64,000 nt of DNA. Source: Lachnospiraceae bacterium (GTDB lineage Bacteria > Bacillota > Clostridia > Lachnospirales > Lachnospiraceae). Shown piece after piece: positions 14,570 through 25,183 of this stretch. Where the stretch lies: positions 17,004-81,003 of the forward strand of contig JAFRKV010000028.1 of NCBI GenBank assembly GCA_017431515.1, read 5' to 3'. The translations under genes and the position numbers were made by a program. The notes below the pieces were generated by a model. The model did no database searches. It saw only the letters and a list, made by a program, of their open reading frames with translations, and was not told where the DNA came from. Numbering within the stretch: the stretch's first letter is position 1; each line of letters opens with the position of its first letter.

Positions 14570-17410
14570 TCAGTTGTTGCGATTCTCCTTGTAGACGCGC
14601 TTAAATTCTTCTGCGCCTGCCTTGAGGCCCTCAAATCCGGCCTTTGCAACATCCTTGCTGGTCTCAGCGACGGTCTTTGCGATCTCCGTTGCCTTCTCAG
14701 CTGCTTTTCCTGCTGCATCTTTGATCTTCTCTTTCGTTTCCTCGTCCATAATGCTCTTCCTTTCCGATTTCGCTGCTTTCTCTGCGATCGCCGCCTGTGC
14801 TGCCGCAAGTCTTGCAACCGGCACACGGAACGGTGAGCAGGATACATAATCCAGACCGATCTGGTGGCAGAACTCTACGGAAGAAGGATCTCCTCCGTGC
14901 TCGCCGCAGATACCGATGTGGAGGCTAGGATTCACCGGCTTGCCAAGCTTGATCGCCATATCCATCAGCTTGCCGACGCCGTTGCGGTCAAGCTTTGCAA
15001 ACGGATCGTTCTCCAGGATCTTGGTGTCATAGTAAGCACCAAGGAACTTGCCTGCATCATCACGCGAGAAACAGAATGTCATCTGCGTCAGGTCGTTCGT
15101 ACCGAAGCAGAAGAAGTCTGCTTCTTTTGCGATCTCGTCGGCAGTCAGCGCTGCACGCGGGATCTCGATCATCGTACCGACTTCGTACTTCAGATCCGTC
15201 TTTGCTTTCTTGATCTCCGCATCTGCGGTCTCGATCACGACGTCCTTCACGAACTTCAGCTCTTTCACTTCGCCAACCAGCGGGATCATGATCTCCGGAA
15301 CGACGTTCCAGTCTTTGTGCTTCTTCTGTACCTTGATGGCTGCCCGGATCACGGCTGCGGTCTGCATCTTTGCGATCTCCGGATAGGTGACTGCCAAACG
15401 GCATCCACGATGGCCCATCATCGGGTTGAACTCTTTCAGGCTCTCTACGATCGCCTTGATCTCTGCATGGGTCTTGCCAAGCGCTTTTGCAAGCTTCTTC
15501 TGCTCTGCATCCTCATGCGGTACAAACTCATGAAGCGGCGGATCCAGGAAGCGGATCGTCACCGGGTTGCCTTCCAGTGCTTCAAAGAGCTGTTCGAAAT
15601 CGCTCTGCTGATACGGCAGGATCTTGTCAAGAGCTGCCTCACGCGCCTCTGCATTATCTGCGCAGATCATCTCACGGAATGCTTCGATCCTGTCCTCATC
15701 AAAGAACATATGCTCCGTACGGCAAAGACCGATACCCTCTGCACCAAGCTCTCTTGCTTTCTTTGCATCTGCCGGCGTATCTGCATTGGTACGAACCTTC
15801 AGTCTTCTTGCCTGATCCGCCCAGCCCATGATACGGCCGAACTCGCCTGCGATCTTTGCATCCACGGTTTTGATGATGCCGTCATAGATATTACCGGTCG
15901 TACCGTCGATACTGATGGGATCTCCCTCGTGGAATTCTTTCCCGCCAAGGGTGAATTTCTTCTTTGCTTCGTTCATCACGATGTCGCCGCAGCCGGATAC
16001 ACAGCACTCGCCCATACCGCGGGCAACGACCGCTGCGTGGCTCGTCATACCACCGCGGACGGTCAGGATACCCTCTGCGCTCTTCATACCGGTGATATCC
16101 TCCGGAGAGGTCTCCAGACGAACGAGGATGACTTTCTCACCTTTTGCTTTCCATTCCACAGCATCATCTGCCGTGAAAACGATCTTACCGCAAGCAGCAC
16201 CGGGAGAAGCGCCAAGGCCCTTTCCGATCGGGGTTGCTTTCTTCAAAGCAGCCGCATCAAACTGCGGGTGAAGCAGCGTATCCAGGTTTCTCGGATCGAT
16301 CATAGCCACTGCTTCTTCTTCGGTCTTATGTCCTTCGTCCACCAGATCACAAGCGATCTTCAATGCTGCCTGCGCGGTGCGCTTGCCGTTACGGCACTGC
16401 AGCATGTACAGCTTCTTGTTCTCCACTGTGAACTCCATATCCTGCATATCATGATAGTGATTTTCCAGCGTCTCGCAGACTTTGATGAACTCCTCATAAG
16501 CCTCCGGGAATTCCTGCTCCATCTGCGCAATCGGCATCGGCGTACGGACACCTGCCACCACGTCTTCGCCCTGTGCATTCTTCAGGAACTCACCCATGAG
16601 CTTTCTCTCACCCGTTGCGGGATCGCGGGTAAACGCCACGCCCGTGCCGGATTCATTATTCAGGTTACCGAATACCATGGGCATGACATTGACGGCGGTT
16701 CCCCAGGAATAGGGGATGTCGTTGTCACGACGGTAAACATTGGCACGCGGGTTGTCCCAGGAACGGAACACCGCCTCGATGGCAAGCTTTAACTGCTCCA
16801 CCGGATCGGACGGGAAATCGGAGCCAAGCTGTTTCTTGTATTCTTTCTTGAACTGGTTCGCAAGCTCCTTCAGATCGGCAGCTGTCAGATCCACGTCAAA
16901 CTTGACGCCCTTCTTCTCTTTCATCTTGTCGATGAGCTGCTCGAAATATTTCTTGCCGACCTCCATGACGACGTCGGAAAACATCTGGATGAAACGGCGA
17001 TAGGAGTCATAGACAAAACGCTCAAACGCCGGATCCGGATTGCCCTTGATCATCGCAGCAACCACTTCGTCATTCAGTCCGAGGTTTAAGATCGTGTCCA
17101 TCATACCCGGCATGGAAGCTCTCGCACCGGAACGCACGGAAACCAGCAGCGGATTGTTCAGATCCCCGAATTTCTTGCCGTTGATCTCCTCCATCTTACG
17201 CACGCCTTCCATCGCCTGCGCCATAATCTCGTCATTAATCTTGCGGCCGTCCTCATAGTACTGGGTACAAGCCTCTGTGGTGATGGTGAATCCCTGCGGC
17301 ACCGGCAGTCCGATATCCGTCATCTCGGCAAGGTTTGCGCCCTTTCCGCCAAGGAGATTCCTCATGCTCATGTCGCCTTCGCTGAACATGTAGACCCATT
17401 TTTTTGCCAT
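14570..17410 (-). CDS. ppdK: Pyruvate, phosphate dikinase with ~70-aa C-terminal helical extension
   Basis: Starts MAKKWVYMFSEGD. Has the phosphohistidine region GGMTSHAAVVARG and PEP-utilizer C-terminal motifs. SD AGGAGGAA lies upstream of ATG 17410. Confidence 0.95.
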   Translation of the reverse strand: MAKKWVYMFSEGDMSMRNLLGGKGANLAEMTDIGLPVPQGFTITTEACTQYYEDGRKINDEIMAQAMEGVRKMEEINGKKFGDLNNPLLVSVRSGARASMPGMMDTILNLGLNDEVVAAMIKGNPDPAFERFVYDSYRRFIQMFSDVVMEVGKKYFEQLIDKMKEKKGVKFDVDLTAADLKELANQFKKEYKKQLGSDFPSDPVEQLKLAIEAVFRSWDNPRANVYRRDNDIPYSWGTAVNVMPMVFGNLNNESGTGVAFTRDPATGERKLMGEFLKNAQGEDVVAGVRTPMPIAQMEQEFPEAYEEFIKVCETLENHYHDMQDMEFTVENKKLYMLQCRNGKRTAQAALKIACDLVDEGHKTEEEAVAMIDPRNLDTLLHPQFDAAALKKATPIGKGLGASPGAACGKIVFTADDAVEWKAKGEKVILVRLETSPEDITGMKSAEGILTVRGGMTSHAAVVARGMGECCVSGCGDIVMNEAKKKFTLGGKEFHEGDPISIDGTTGNIYDGIIKTVDAKIAGEFGRIMGWADQARRLKVRTNADTPADAKKARELGAEGIGLCRTEHMFFDEDRIEAFREMICADNAEAREAALDKILPYQQSDFEQLFEALEGNPVTIRFLDPPLHEFVPHEDAEQKKLAKALGKTHAEIKAIVESLKEFNPMMGHRGCRLAVTYPEIAKMQTAAVIRAAIKVQKKHKDWNVVPEIMIPLVGEVKELKFVKDVVIETADAEIKKAKTDLKYEVGTMIEIPRAALTADEIAKEADFFCFGTNDLTQMTFCFSRDDAGKFLGAYYDTKILENDPFAKLDRNGVGKLMDMAIKLGKPVNPSLHIGICGEHGGDPSSVEFCHQIGLDYVSCSPFRVPVARLAAAQAAIAEKAAKSERKSIMDEETKEKIKDAAGKAAEKATEIAKTVAETSKDVAKAGFEGLKAGAEEFKRVYKENRNN

Positions 17411-17460
17411 CTGTTTTCTTCCTCCTAACATTAGAATTTGAAATAGTTAGTCCGTCTTTG

Positions 17461-17489
17461 ATTGTACCAAAATACCCTCTTTTTTTCAA
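17461..17489 (-). promoter_or_regulatory. Sigma-A promoter for ppdK (TTGAAA-17-TACAAT)
   Basis: The minus strand reads TTGAAAaaaagagggtattttggTACAAT, about 50 nt upstream of ATG 17410. Confidence 0.7.
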
Positions 17490-17525
17490 GGAAAACCGTT
17501 CGGTTACGGCGTCTTCTCACGCGCC

Positions 17526-18923
17526 TTAAAACGCCAGTTTTTCCTCGAAGTAAGCCTTGAGATCCGCGATCGCGACGCGCTCTTGGGCCATGGTGTCACG
17601 GTCACGTACGGTGACGGCGTTGTCCGTCTCGGAATCAAAATCATAGGTCACGCAGAACGGCGTGCCGATCTCGTCCTGTCTGCGATAGCGCTTTCCGATA
17701 TTGCCTCTGTCATCAAATTCGCAGTACCAATGTTTGGAAAGTTCCGCAAAGACTTTCTCCGCGCCTTCATTCAGTTTTTTACTCAGCGGCAGCACCCCGA
17801 TCTTCACCGGCGCCAGAGCCGGATGGAAATGAAGAACCGTCCGCATGTCGGGTGCTTCCTCGGTGCCGATGTTTTCCTCATCGTAAGCCGCGCAAAGGAA
17901 CGCCAGCACCACGCGGTCCGCGCCCAGTGACGGCTCAATGACATAGGGCAGGTAACGCTCATTCTTCGTGTCGTCAAAGTAGGTCAGATCCTCGCCGGAG
18001 GTCTCCTGATGCCGGCCGAGGTCATAATCTGTCCGGTCCGCGATGCCCCAGAGCTCGCCCCAGCCAAACGGGAACAGGAACTCAATATCCGTCGTGTGTC
18101 TCGAATAAAATGCCAGCTCTGCCGGATCATGATCCCGGAGACGCATCTCCTCTTCCTTCATGCCCAGAGAAATCAGCCAGTCGCGGCAGAAGCCTCTCCA
18201 GTAAGTAAACCATTCATCATCCGTCCCCGGCTCACAGAAGAACTCCAGTTCCATCTGCTCAAACTCTCTGGTACGGAAGGTAAAGTTCCCGGGAGTAATC
18301 TCATTCCGGAAGGACTTTCCGACCTGCGCGATGCCGAAAGGAATCTTTTTCCGGCTGGTACGCTGCACGTTTTTGAAGTTCACAAAAATCCCCTGTGCGG
18401 TCTCTGGACGCAGATACACCGTATTCTTTGCGTCCTCGGTCACGCCCTGGAACGTCTTGAACATCAGATTAAACTGGCGGATATCGGTAAAATTGTGCTT
18501 GCCGCATTTCGGACAGGGCACCTGATTCTTCTCGATGTAATCCAGCATCTGCTCCTGGGTCCAGCCGTCCACGGAGGACTCTAACGTCTCCCCTTTTTCC
18601 TTCGCAAATCCCTCGATCAGCTGATCCGCGCGGAAACGCTCTTTACATTCCTTGCAGTCCATCAGCGGGTCGGAAAAGCCGCCCAGATGTCCGGAGGCCA
18701 CCCAGGTCTGCGGGTTCATGAGGATCGCACAGTCCACGCCCACATTATAGGGATTCTCCTGTACAAACTTTTTCCACCATGCCTTCTTGACATTATTTTT
18801 CAGTTCCACGCCGAGATTGCCGTAATCCCAGGTATTGGCAAGACCGCCATAGATCTCCGATCCCGGATAGACAAACCCTCTGCCCTTTGCCAGATTGACG
18901 ATTTTCTCCATTGTTTTTTCCAT
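17526..18923 (-). CDS. glyQS: Glycine--tRNA ligase (alpha2 type)
   Basis: N-terminus [31 protein letters not shown]. The start is chosen at ATG 18923; 18911 is an alternative. Confidence 0.93.
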   Translation of the reverse strand: MEKTMEKIVNLAKGRGFVYPGSEIYGGLANTWDYGNLGVELKNNVKKAWWKKFVQENPYNVGVDCAILMNPQTWVASGHLGGFSDPLMDCKECKERFRADQLIEGFAKEKGETLESSVDGWTQEQMLDYIEKNQVPCPKCGKHNFTDIRQFNLMFKTFQGVTEDAKNTVYLRPETAQGIFVNFKNVQRTSRKKIPFGIAQVGKSFRNEITPGNFTFRTREFEQMELEFFCEPGTDDEWFTYWRGFCRDWLISLGMKEEEMRLRDHDPAELAFYSRHTTDIEFLFPFGWGELWGIADRTDYDLGRHQETSGEDLTYFDDTKNERYLPYVIEPSLGADRVVLAFLCAAYDEENIGTEEAPDMRTVLHFHPALAPVKIGVLPLSKKLNEGAEKVFAELSKHWYCEFDDRGNIGKRYRRQDEIGTPFCVTYDFDSETDNAVTVRDRDTMAQERVAIADLKAYFEEKLAF

Positions 18924-18972
18924 AAGTATCCTGACTCCTCTCATCATAAACGATCAACAGGGCTGTCGCACC

Positions 18973-19614
18973 CTATTGATAGATAATATAGGCCGGCCCG
19001 GCAGCCACGCCGTCCGCGCCGTAGCCTTCCACCTTCGCCGTATGCTTGTCCTGCGGCGTCACATGCTCCGAATAGTAAAGGATCTTGCCCGGGACGGAAA
19101 CGATGGTGTTTTCACTCAGGATCACCACCGACAGATTCGGGTTGTCGATCACCTGATCCCGCGGCACCGCTGTACCTCCCGCTTCCGTATCACCGGAGGC
19201 CTTCTCGTTCCGTTCGAAGAAGGGCGCGTTGAAATTAAAACCGTCCGCCTGCGCCAGCACCACCTTCCCGTTGAAAAAGGCGCGCTTGTTGAAGTCGGCA
19301 TAGGTCTTGCCGTCCGAGTACTTTGTGGTCAGCGTGGCCGTCGGCCCCTCCATTTCGAACTTCTCCACCTTCACGCTTCCCTCGCCGTCATAAGCGCCGA
19401 TCTCCTCATCGATAAAGGCCTGCAGCTCGTCTGCGCTGTACTGATCCCCTTCGTAGGTCTGGACATTTGTCTCATAGATCTCGCCGTTCCGCTTGATAAA
19501 AAGCGTATTCTCATCGGCATCATAGGATCCGCACCCGGCGAGTAAAAGCATGCCGGCCGCTGCAAGCAGTGTCAGACGATATGGTTTTTTCATCATTCCA
19601 AAGTGTTTTTTCAT
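18973..19614 (-). CDS. Hypothetical lipoprotein
   Basis: Signal peptide with lipobox LLLAGC. The exact start is uncertain (M1 or M7/M8). Confidence 0.7.
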   Translation of the reverse strand: MKKHFGMMKKPYRLTLLAAAGMLLLAGCGSYDADENTLFIKRNGEIYETNVQTYEGDQYSADELQAFIDEEIGAYDGEGSVKVEKFEMEGPTATLTTKYSDGKTYADFNKRAFFNGKVVLAQADGFNFNAPFFERNEKASGDTEAGGTAVPRDQVIDNPNLSVVILSENTIVSVPGKILYYSEHVTPQDKHTAKVEGYGADGVAAGPAYIIYQ

Positions 19615-19675
19615 CTCGATCTGCTCTTAAAAAACTCCTTCACAATTTCTGAGCGAATGGATCCCGTTCACTATA

Positions 19676-20323
19676 TCACAGTCTCCGTAACACCGCAAGC
19701 GAACGGAACTCGTGGCTGACGTTTGCCCGGAGAAAACGGTCGATGAGATCCGCCAGTTCTTTTCGCACTTCCTCCGTCACGGAAAACCGATACAACTCCC
19801 TGACCGGCGTTGTGATGATAAAGCGCATCGCATAATCCGCCGACTGCGAAAGCTTGCAGCGGGCGGGATCCGGATATTCCCCGTTGATCACAAGCATTTT
19901 GAGTTCAAAAATCCTGCGCACCAGTTCGTTCTCAAACGCCTCCGACAGCAGTGCTTTCAGAGAATAAAAAAGCAGTGCGACCGTTTCGCCTGCTTCCAGG
20001 TTCTCAAAAGAAAAAAAGTCCGCAAACTCCAGAAAATAAAAGCCCAGCCAGGCCGCGTCCGGGTCAGATGCGATCTCCCGGAAATACTCCGAGATCTCCG
20101 TTTTGTTCACACTGTAGGAGCTGCGCCCTTCAAAGGCGTGAAAGGTGCCGAAGGCAAAGGGCTCGGTGGACGCAAGAAGCGGACTGTTCGGCCGCCTCGC
20201 GCCGCGGGCGAAAGCGCTGATCTTGCCGCGCTCCCTTGTGAGCAGCGATAATCGTTTATCATTTTCACCGATGGGCATGGCGGACAGCACGATGCCGGTC
20301 AAAGTGAGATCGTTCTCATTCAT
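19676..20323 (-). CDS. recO: DNA repair protein RecO
   Basis: 215 aa lying immediately downstream of era. The N-terminal OB-fold-like region LTGIVLSAMPIGENDKRLSLLTRERGKISAFARGARR is typical. Confidence 0.85.
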   Translation of the reverse strand: MNENDLTLTGIVLSAMPIGENDKRLSLLTRERGKISAFARGARRPNSPLLASTEPFAFGTFHAFEGRSSYSVNKTEISEYFREIASDPDAAWLGFYFLEFADFFSFENLEAGETVALLFYSLKALLSEAFENELVRRIFELKMLVINGEYPDPARCKLSQSADYAMRFIITTPVRELYRFSVTEEVRKELADLIDRFLRANVSHEFRSLAVLRRL

Positions 20324-20336
20324 GGTTTATATCCGT

Positions 20337-21284
20337 CTATTCCTGTGCCGTATAGCCGAAATTCCGCAGCTGCACATCACTGTCGCGCCAGTCTTTTTTC
20401 ACCTTCACCCGCAGCGTCAGATTCACATGGCAGTTCAAAAGCCGCTCAATCTCATACCGGGCATTGGTCCCGATCTTTTTGATCATGGCGCCGCCCTTCC
20501 CGATGATGATCCCCTTATGGGAATCCTTCTCACAGATCAGCACCGCCTCAATATCCATCAACGTTTCCGGCTGCCCGGCCTGCTTTTTCCCGGCGGTCTT
20601 TTCCCGTTCCTTCATGGACTCGACGGTTACCGCGATCCCATGGGGGATCTCGTCGGAAAGCGCATGCAGCGCCTTCTCCCGGATCAGCTCCGCGACGATG
20701 GCCCGCTCCGGCTGATCCGTCACGGTATCCTCATCATAGTACATCGGCCCTTCCGGCAGATGGGAAAACAGCGTGTCCAAAAGCTCCGACTCATTGTCTC
20801 CCCGCAGCGCCGACACCGGCACGATCTCCGCAAAAAAATCATACGCTTTCCGGTAGCTGTCGATCACCGAGAGCACTTCGTTGGGGTTCTTGCAGGTGTC
20901 CATTTTATTGACCACCAGGATCACAGGCGTCCCGGTTTCCATCAGGCGTTCCGCGATATGCTGGTCTCCCGCACCGATCTGCTCCGACGGCTCCACCAGC
21001 CAAAGGATCACATCCGCCTCCCCGAAGCCCTGCTCCGCGCGGTTCATCATGAATTCCCCCAGCTTGTTTTTCGCCTTATGAATCCCCGGCGTATCGAGAA
21101 ACACGATCTGACCCCGATCCGGATCCGTATACACGGTCAGGATCCGGTTTCTGGTGGTCTGGGGTTTTTTGCTTGTGATGGCGATCTTCTGTCCGATCAG
21201 CCGGTTCATGAGGGTGGATTTCCCGACGTTGGGTCTGCCGACCAAGGCGACAAAACCGGATCGGAGTTTCTTGTCTGCTGTCAT
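20337..21284 (-). CDS. era: GTPase Era
   Basis: G1 motif GRPNVGKSTL, plus DTPG and NKMD, and a C-terminal KH domain. Confidence 0.95.
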   Translation of the reverse strand: MTADKKLRSGFVALVGRPNVGKSTLMNRLIGQKIAITSKKPQTTRNRILTVYTDPDRGQIVFLDTPGIHKAKNKLGEFMMNRAEQGFGEADVILWLVEPSEQIGAGDQHIAERLMETGTPVILVVNKMDTCKNPNEVLSVIDSYRKAYDFFAEIVPVSALRGDNESELLDTLFSHLPEGPMYYDEDTVTDQPERAIVAELIREKALHALSDEIPHGIAVTVESMKEREKTAGKKQAGQPETLMDIEAVLICEKDSHKGIIIGKGGAMIKKIGTNARYEIERLLNCHVNLTLRVKVKKDWRDSDVQLRNFGYTAQE

Positions 21285-24196
21285 AACAGGCTCTCTTTCC
21301 GGTCAAAGAGGGTCTTTTCCTCTCCGATTACCGCCTCGTTGCCGATGGCGCACAGACACCCGTCGGAAAGCACGGCAGTGATATACGGCTCCAATGCGCG
21401 GATATCCGCGGTCTCCGTAGAAAGTACCTCATCCCGTTCCTTCTGCAGCAGCGCCTCGGTGAGCCCGGTGAGATAAGCCGCGGTACTCCGGGCCCCCTTC
21501 GCATCAGGGTTCATCGGGGTATCCATATCGCTGATGGTGCCGATGATATACTTGGTCATATCGCGGTCGGAGGCGTCAAATCCCCGGACATACGCTGGAA
21601 TCCCTTCAAATACCGTATTCGTCTCTGCCAGCTTCGGATCACGGTAGGAGGCGAAGTAGGTGTCTCCGTTTCTTAAAAAACCGCTCATACAGCCATACGC
21701 GCCGCCCTTCATGCGGACATTCAGCCACAGGTAATCATAACTTAAGATCGTTTTCAAAATCCGCAGTCTCCCGTTATAAGGCAGACCCTTTTTCTGGAAA
21801 TTCCCCGCTCTGGACACATATTGCACCTGAGAGGCATCCGTAAATCCCTCGTTTTTCTTTTCCAGCGGGATCGTCTGATCCGCACCGACAGCACCCTCTG
21901 CAAGCCGCTCCAGAAATGCCGGCAGTTCTTTCGCTGCGGTCTGATAGCCCTCCTGATCTGCGGTGATGCTGATCAGCATGCGGTTCTTTAAGAACACTTT
22001 TTTCAGGAGCGCCTCCAGCTTTCCGGTAAGCGCCGGTCCTTCCTTTGCAAAGTCCTTTTCGATCCGGTCCACCAGGCGGTAAAAGGAAATCCCGGCGGTC
22101 AGATCCCGCAGCGCCGCGGTGCGGGAGAAGTAGGACATTGCCCGGTTGGACGCCGTGGCATGCCCCGCTGCGGACAAAGACATCTGCAGCCGGCTCTTTT
22201 GCTCCGCGATGATCTCATACAGCCGCTTTTGATCAGAGCAGTCCGTCTCAAAGATCATCTCGCTGAGCAGCCGCACGGTATCGGAAACATTCGCATAAAG
22301 TGATTTGGCATGCACTTCCAGATAATACCGGGTCTTCAGATCCTTCGTGCCCGTATAGGACTGCACCGCCATTCCGATGCCGCCGGTGTACAGATTGATC
22401 TCATCGGACAGCTCCGCATAGGAAAAATGCTTCGTGTCCATATACCCCAGCACAGACCGGAGAATCCCGAGACAGGAAAGTTCTTCCGCCGTCAGATCCG
22501 TGATGTCAAACAGGAAATTCAGATAGAGAATCCCATTGGTAAACATTTCATGCAGCAGCCCTTTTTGTCCGCCGATCACGACCTCCTGATTCTGGAGCGG
22601 GCGGATCTTCGTGCCGATATCCGATCGTTTCAGCATGGGCAGTTTCTGCAGATCCTCCTCCGGGGAAGGTTCCTCCTGATACTGCTTCAGGTGTGCCGTA
22701 TCCTCCACCAGCTTCTGCTTTTCCGCGTCACTTAAGCTGTCCTTATAGGCGGCAAGTTCCTTGGCAAGCGCTGCCTCCTGCCGGTCGGAAAGTCCCTTCT
22801 CCGGCTTCACGATCACCACCGTGGAAAACGCATTGTCCAATAAATAGGTCTGGATCAGTCCTTCAAAATACCCTGTGCCGATCTCTTTCCGAAGGGCGGC
22901 ATACACCGGCAGCACCTCCAGATTCAGAAACGGCTTCTTCTCGTCATAGATCCAGGAGCCCAGCACATCCAGACCGTAGATCAGGCCCTTGGGATAGCTG
23001 CCGAAATCCGCTTCCCGGAAACGGAATTCGCTGCTGTTGATGGCCGCCTCAATGGTCTTTTTCGGGAGCCCTTTTTTGACCTCGCTTTGCAGGGTCTCTT
23101 TGATCACGGAGAGGAACCGTTCCTTGTCCGACTCATTGGCGTATTTTGCCACCACGGAAAACATGGGCTGCCGGATCCCGGAATCGAACCCGCCGATGAT
23201 GTCCTTGCCGATTCCCGCGTCCAGAAGCGCCTGCTTTAAGGGTGCGCCGGGGCGTGACAGCAGCGCATAATCCAGAATATCAAATGCCGTGGTGAGCTTT
23301 AGATCCAGCACATCTCCCACAGAATAGTTCAGCGTCAGATAGGTATTGTCCTTTTCCTCCTCCGTGCTGGCAAGGTTGTATTGGGAGACGATTTCTTTTC
23401 GCTCCGTAAAGGGTGTCTGCAGACGGATCTCGGAATCCGGATTGATGGCATCGTAAGCGGAGAGGTATTCCTGATCCAGCCAGTGCAGCCGCTCTTCCAC
23501 ATCCATATTTCCGTAAAGATAGATGTACGAATTACTGGGATGATACAGCCGCTGATGAAATTTCTGGAAACCCTCATAGGTCAGCTTCGGGATGTCCACC
23601 GGATCGCCGCCGGATTCAAAGCCGTAATTGGTGTCCGGATGGAGGGTGTTTAAGATCAGCCGGTCCACCACATCCTCCGCGGAGGAAAAGGCGCCCTTCA
23701 TTTCGTTATAGACCACGCCGTTGATGGTCAGCTCCCCCTCCGGATCGTTCAGCTCATAATGCCAGCCTTCCTGCTGAAAAATCTCCTTGTGGTGGTAAAT
23801 ATTCGGATGCAGCACCGCATCCATATAGACGTCGCAGAGGTTTTTGAAATCCTGGTCATTTTCCGATGCCACCGGATAAACCGTCTTGTCCGGATAGGTG
23901 ATGGCGTTCAAAAACGTATTCAGCGACCCCTTCACCAGCTCCACAAAGGGATCCTTCACCGGAAATTTGTCAGACCCGCAGAGCACAGAATGTTCGATGA
24001 TATGCGGGACGCCCGTGCTGTCCGGCGCCGGGGTGCGAAACGCGATAAAAAAGACCTTGTTCTCATCCTCGTTAGAGAGCACGGAAATGCGCGCGCCGCT
24101 CTTTTTATGACGCAGGAGACAGCCGTCCGATTTCAGATCCGGCAGCGGATGGTCTTCGATCAGTTCATAGGGTTCTGGAATGTGTTTCAGCTTCAA
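21281..24196 (-). CDS. M16 (insulinase/PreP-like) zinc metallopeptidase
   Basis: 971 aa with the inverted zinc motif HIIEHSV (HxxEH). Confidence 0.9.
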   Translation of the reverse strand: MKLKHIPEPYELIEDHPLPDLKSDGCLLRHKKSGARISVLSNEDENKVFFIAFRTPAPDSTGVPHIIEHSVLCGSDKFPVKDPFVELVKGSLNTFLNAITYPDKTVYPVASENDQDFKNLCDVYMDAVLHPNIYHHKEIFQQEGWHYELNDPEGELTINGVVYNEMKGAFSSAEDVVDRLILNTLHPDTNYGFESGGDPVDIPKLTYEGFQKFHQRLYHPSNSYIYLYGNMDVEERLHWLDQEYLSAYDAINPDSEIRLQTPFTERKEIVSQYNLASTEEEKDNTYLTLNYSVGDVLDLKLTTAFDILDYALLSRPGAPLKQALLDAGIGKDIIGGFDSGIRQPMFSVVAKYANESDKERFLSVIKETLQSEVKKGLPKKTIEAAINSSEFRFREADFGSYPKGLIYGLDVLGSWIYDEKKPFLNLEVLPVYAALRKEIGTGYFEGLIQTYLLDNAFSTVVIVKPEKGLSDRQEAALAKELAAYKDSLSDAEKQKLVEDTAHLKQYQEEPSPEEDLQKLPMLKRSDIGTKIRPLQNQEVVIGGQKGLLHEMFTNGILYLNFLFDITDLTAEELSCLGILRSVLGYMDTKHFSYAELSDEINLYTGGIGMAVQSYTGTKDLKTRYYLEVHAKSLYANVSDTVRLLSEMIFETDCSDQKRLYEIIAEQKSRLQMSLSAAGHATASNRAMSYFSRTAALRDLTAGISFYRLVDRIEKDFAKEGPALTGKLEALLKKVFLKNRMLISITADQEGYQTAAKELPAFLERLAEGAVGADQTIPLEKKNEGFTDASQVQYVSRAGNFQKKGLPYNGRLRILKTILSYDYLWLNVRMKGGAYGCMSGFLRNGDTYFASYRDPKLAETNTVFEGIPAYVRGFDASDRDMTKYIIGTISDMDTPMNPDAKGARSTAAYLTGLTEALLQKERDEVLSTETADIRALEPYITAVLSDGCLCAIGNEAVIGEEKTLFDRKESLL

Positions 24197-25137
24197 TGCG
24201 CATCCTCCTTTTTTGGTTCCTCCGGCATGCGATCCGGCAGGAGCTCCTTCATCTTCATGGCAATATCGATCTTCTGATACGGGATCTCGATTCCGTTTGC
24301 GTCAAAGGCCAGCTTGATGCGCTCGATGATGTCCCAGCGCATCAGCCAGTACTGCTCCGTCGGCAGCCAGATCCGAAATCCGAGGTTCACCGAGGAGTCG
24401 CCGAGAGAGTCCACATAGACCATGATCTCCCGCTCCTTGTCCCGGTTTTCGGTTTGCTCCAGGACCTCCGTCAGGATCTCCTTCGCTTTCTTTAAGTCCG
24501 CGTCATAGGCGATGCCCACGGTATATACCAGTTTCCGTTCCGGGGATTTCGTAAAGTTCTCCACGCTGGTATTGGCCAGATCCCCGTTGGGGATCACCAC
24601 CGTCCGGTTGTCAATGGTCCTTAGGCTGGTGTAAAAGATCGTGATCTCTTCCACCACGCCTTCGTTTTTATGGGTGTCCTCCATGATATAATCGCCCACG
24701 CGAAACGGCTTTAACAAAAGAATCAGCACGCCGCCCGCCAGATTCGAAAGGCTTCCCTGCAGCGCCAGGCCCACTGCCAGCCCCGCGGAGCCCAGGATCG
24801 CGACAATGGAGGCCGTTGTCACGCCAAACAGCGCCAGGATCAAAAATACCAGCAGCACATAACAGATCGCTTTGATCAGGGAGTCCAGAAACTGCCGGAC
24901 ACCCGGATCCGCGTCCCTCCGTTCCAGGGTCTTACGGACGATCCTGCGGATCAGCGCGATCACCCGCCCGCCCACAAAAAAGATCACAACCGCGATCACC
25001 AGCTGCACCCCGAAGGAAAGGGCGCTGCGCCCGAACTCCTTCAGAAATTCCTGCACAATGGAGGGGTCGGTATTTTTCAGTTCTGTCAGATTATCCAGCA
25101 CGGTTTCGGTGCTGAATTCAATATCGATATTATCCAA
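24193..25137 (-). CDS. MscS family mechanosensitive channel
   Basis: Three TM spans, then LAVGLALQGSLSNLAGGVLILLLKPFRVGDYI. Confidence 0.88.
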   Translation of the reverse strand: MDNIDIEFSTETVLDNLTELKNTDPSIVQEFLKEFGRSALSFGVQLVIAVVIFFVGGRVIALIRRIVRKTLERRDADPGVRQFLDSLIKAICYVLLVFLILALFGVTTASIVAILGSAGLAVGLALQGSLSNLAGGVLILLLKPFRVGDYIMEDTHKNEGVVEEITIFYTSLRTIDNRTVVIPNGDLANTSVENFTKSPERKLVYTVGIAYDADLKKAKEILTEVLEQTENRDKEREIMVYVDSLGDSSVNLGFRIWLPTEQYWLMRWDIIERIKLAFDANGIEIPYQKIDIAMKMKELLPDRMPEEPKKEDAH

Positions 25138-25183
25138 GCTTCCTACCTGCCGCGGTCACTTGCCGCCGCGACCAATGCTTTCA

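Noticed and set aside
14560-14847. A 95-aa Arg/Lys-rich minus-strand ORF overlapping the 3' end of ppdK.
   Set aside because: It is an out-of-frame overlap with the ppdK tail. Its extreme R/K/Q composition is typical of an alternative-frame reading of a K/E/A-rich region, and it has no RBS.
14864-16792. A 642-aa plus-strand ORF antisense to ppdK. Similar long plus-strand ORFs occur at 20145-21476, 27171-28805, 30871-32091, 33366-34460, 53948-55504 and 59301-61001.
   Set aside because: Each shares the codon phase (same coordinate modulo 3) of the well-supported minus-strand gene beneath it. An antisense stop therefore needs a sense TTA, CTA or TCA codon, and these GC3-biased genes avoid those codons. 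The translations are low-complexity (R/H/L/P-rich), lack RBSs and show no recognisable motifs. They are shadow ORFs.
18924-18972. A glycine T-box leader was expected upstream of glyQS.
   Set aside because: Only about 49 nt separate glyQS from the upstream lipoprotein gene. That is too short for a T-box (about 200 nt), and no specifier or T-box sequence is visible.
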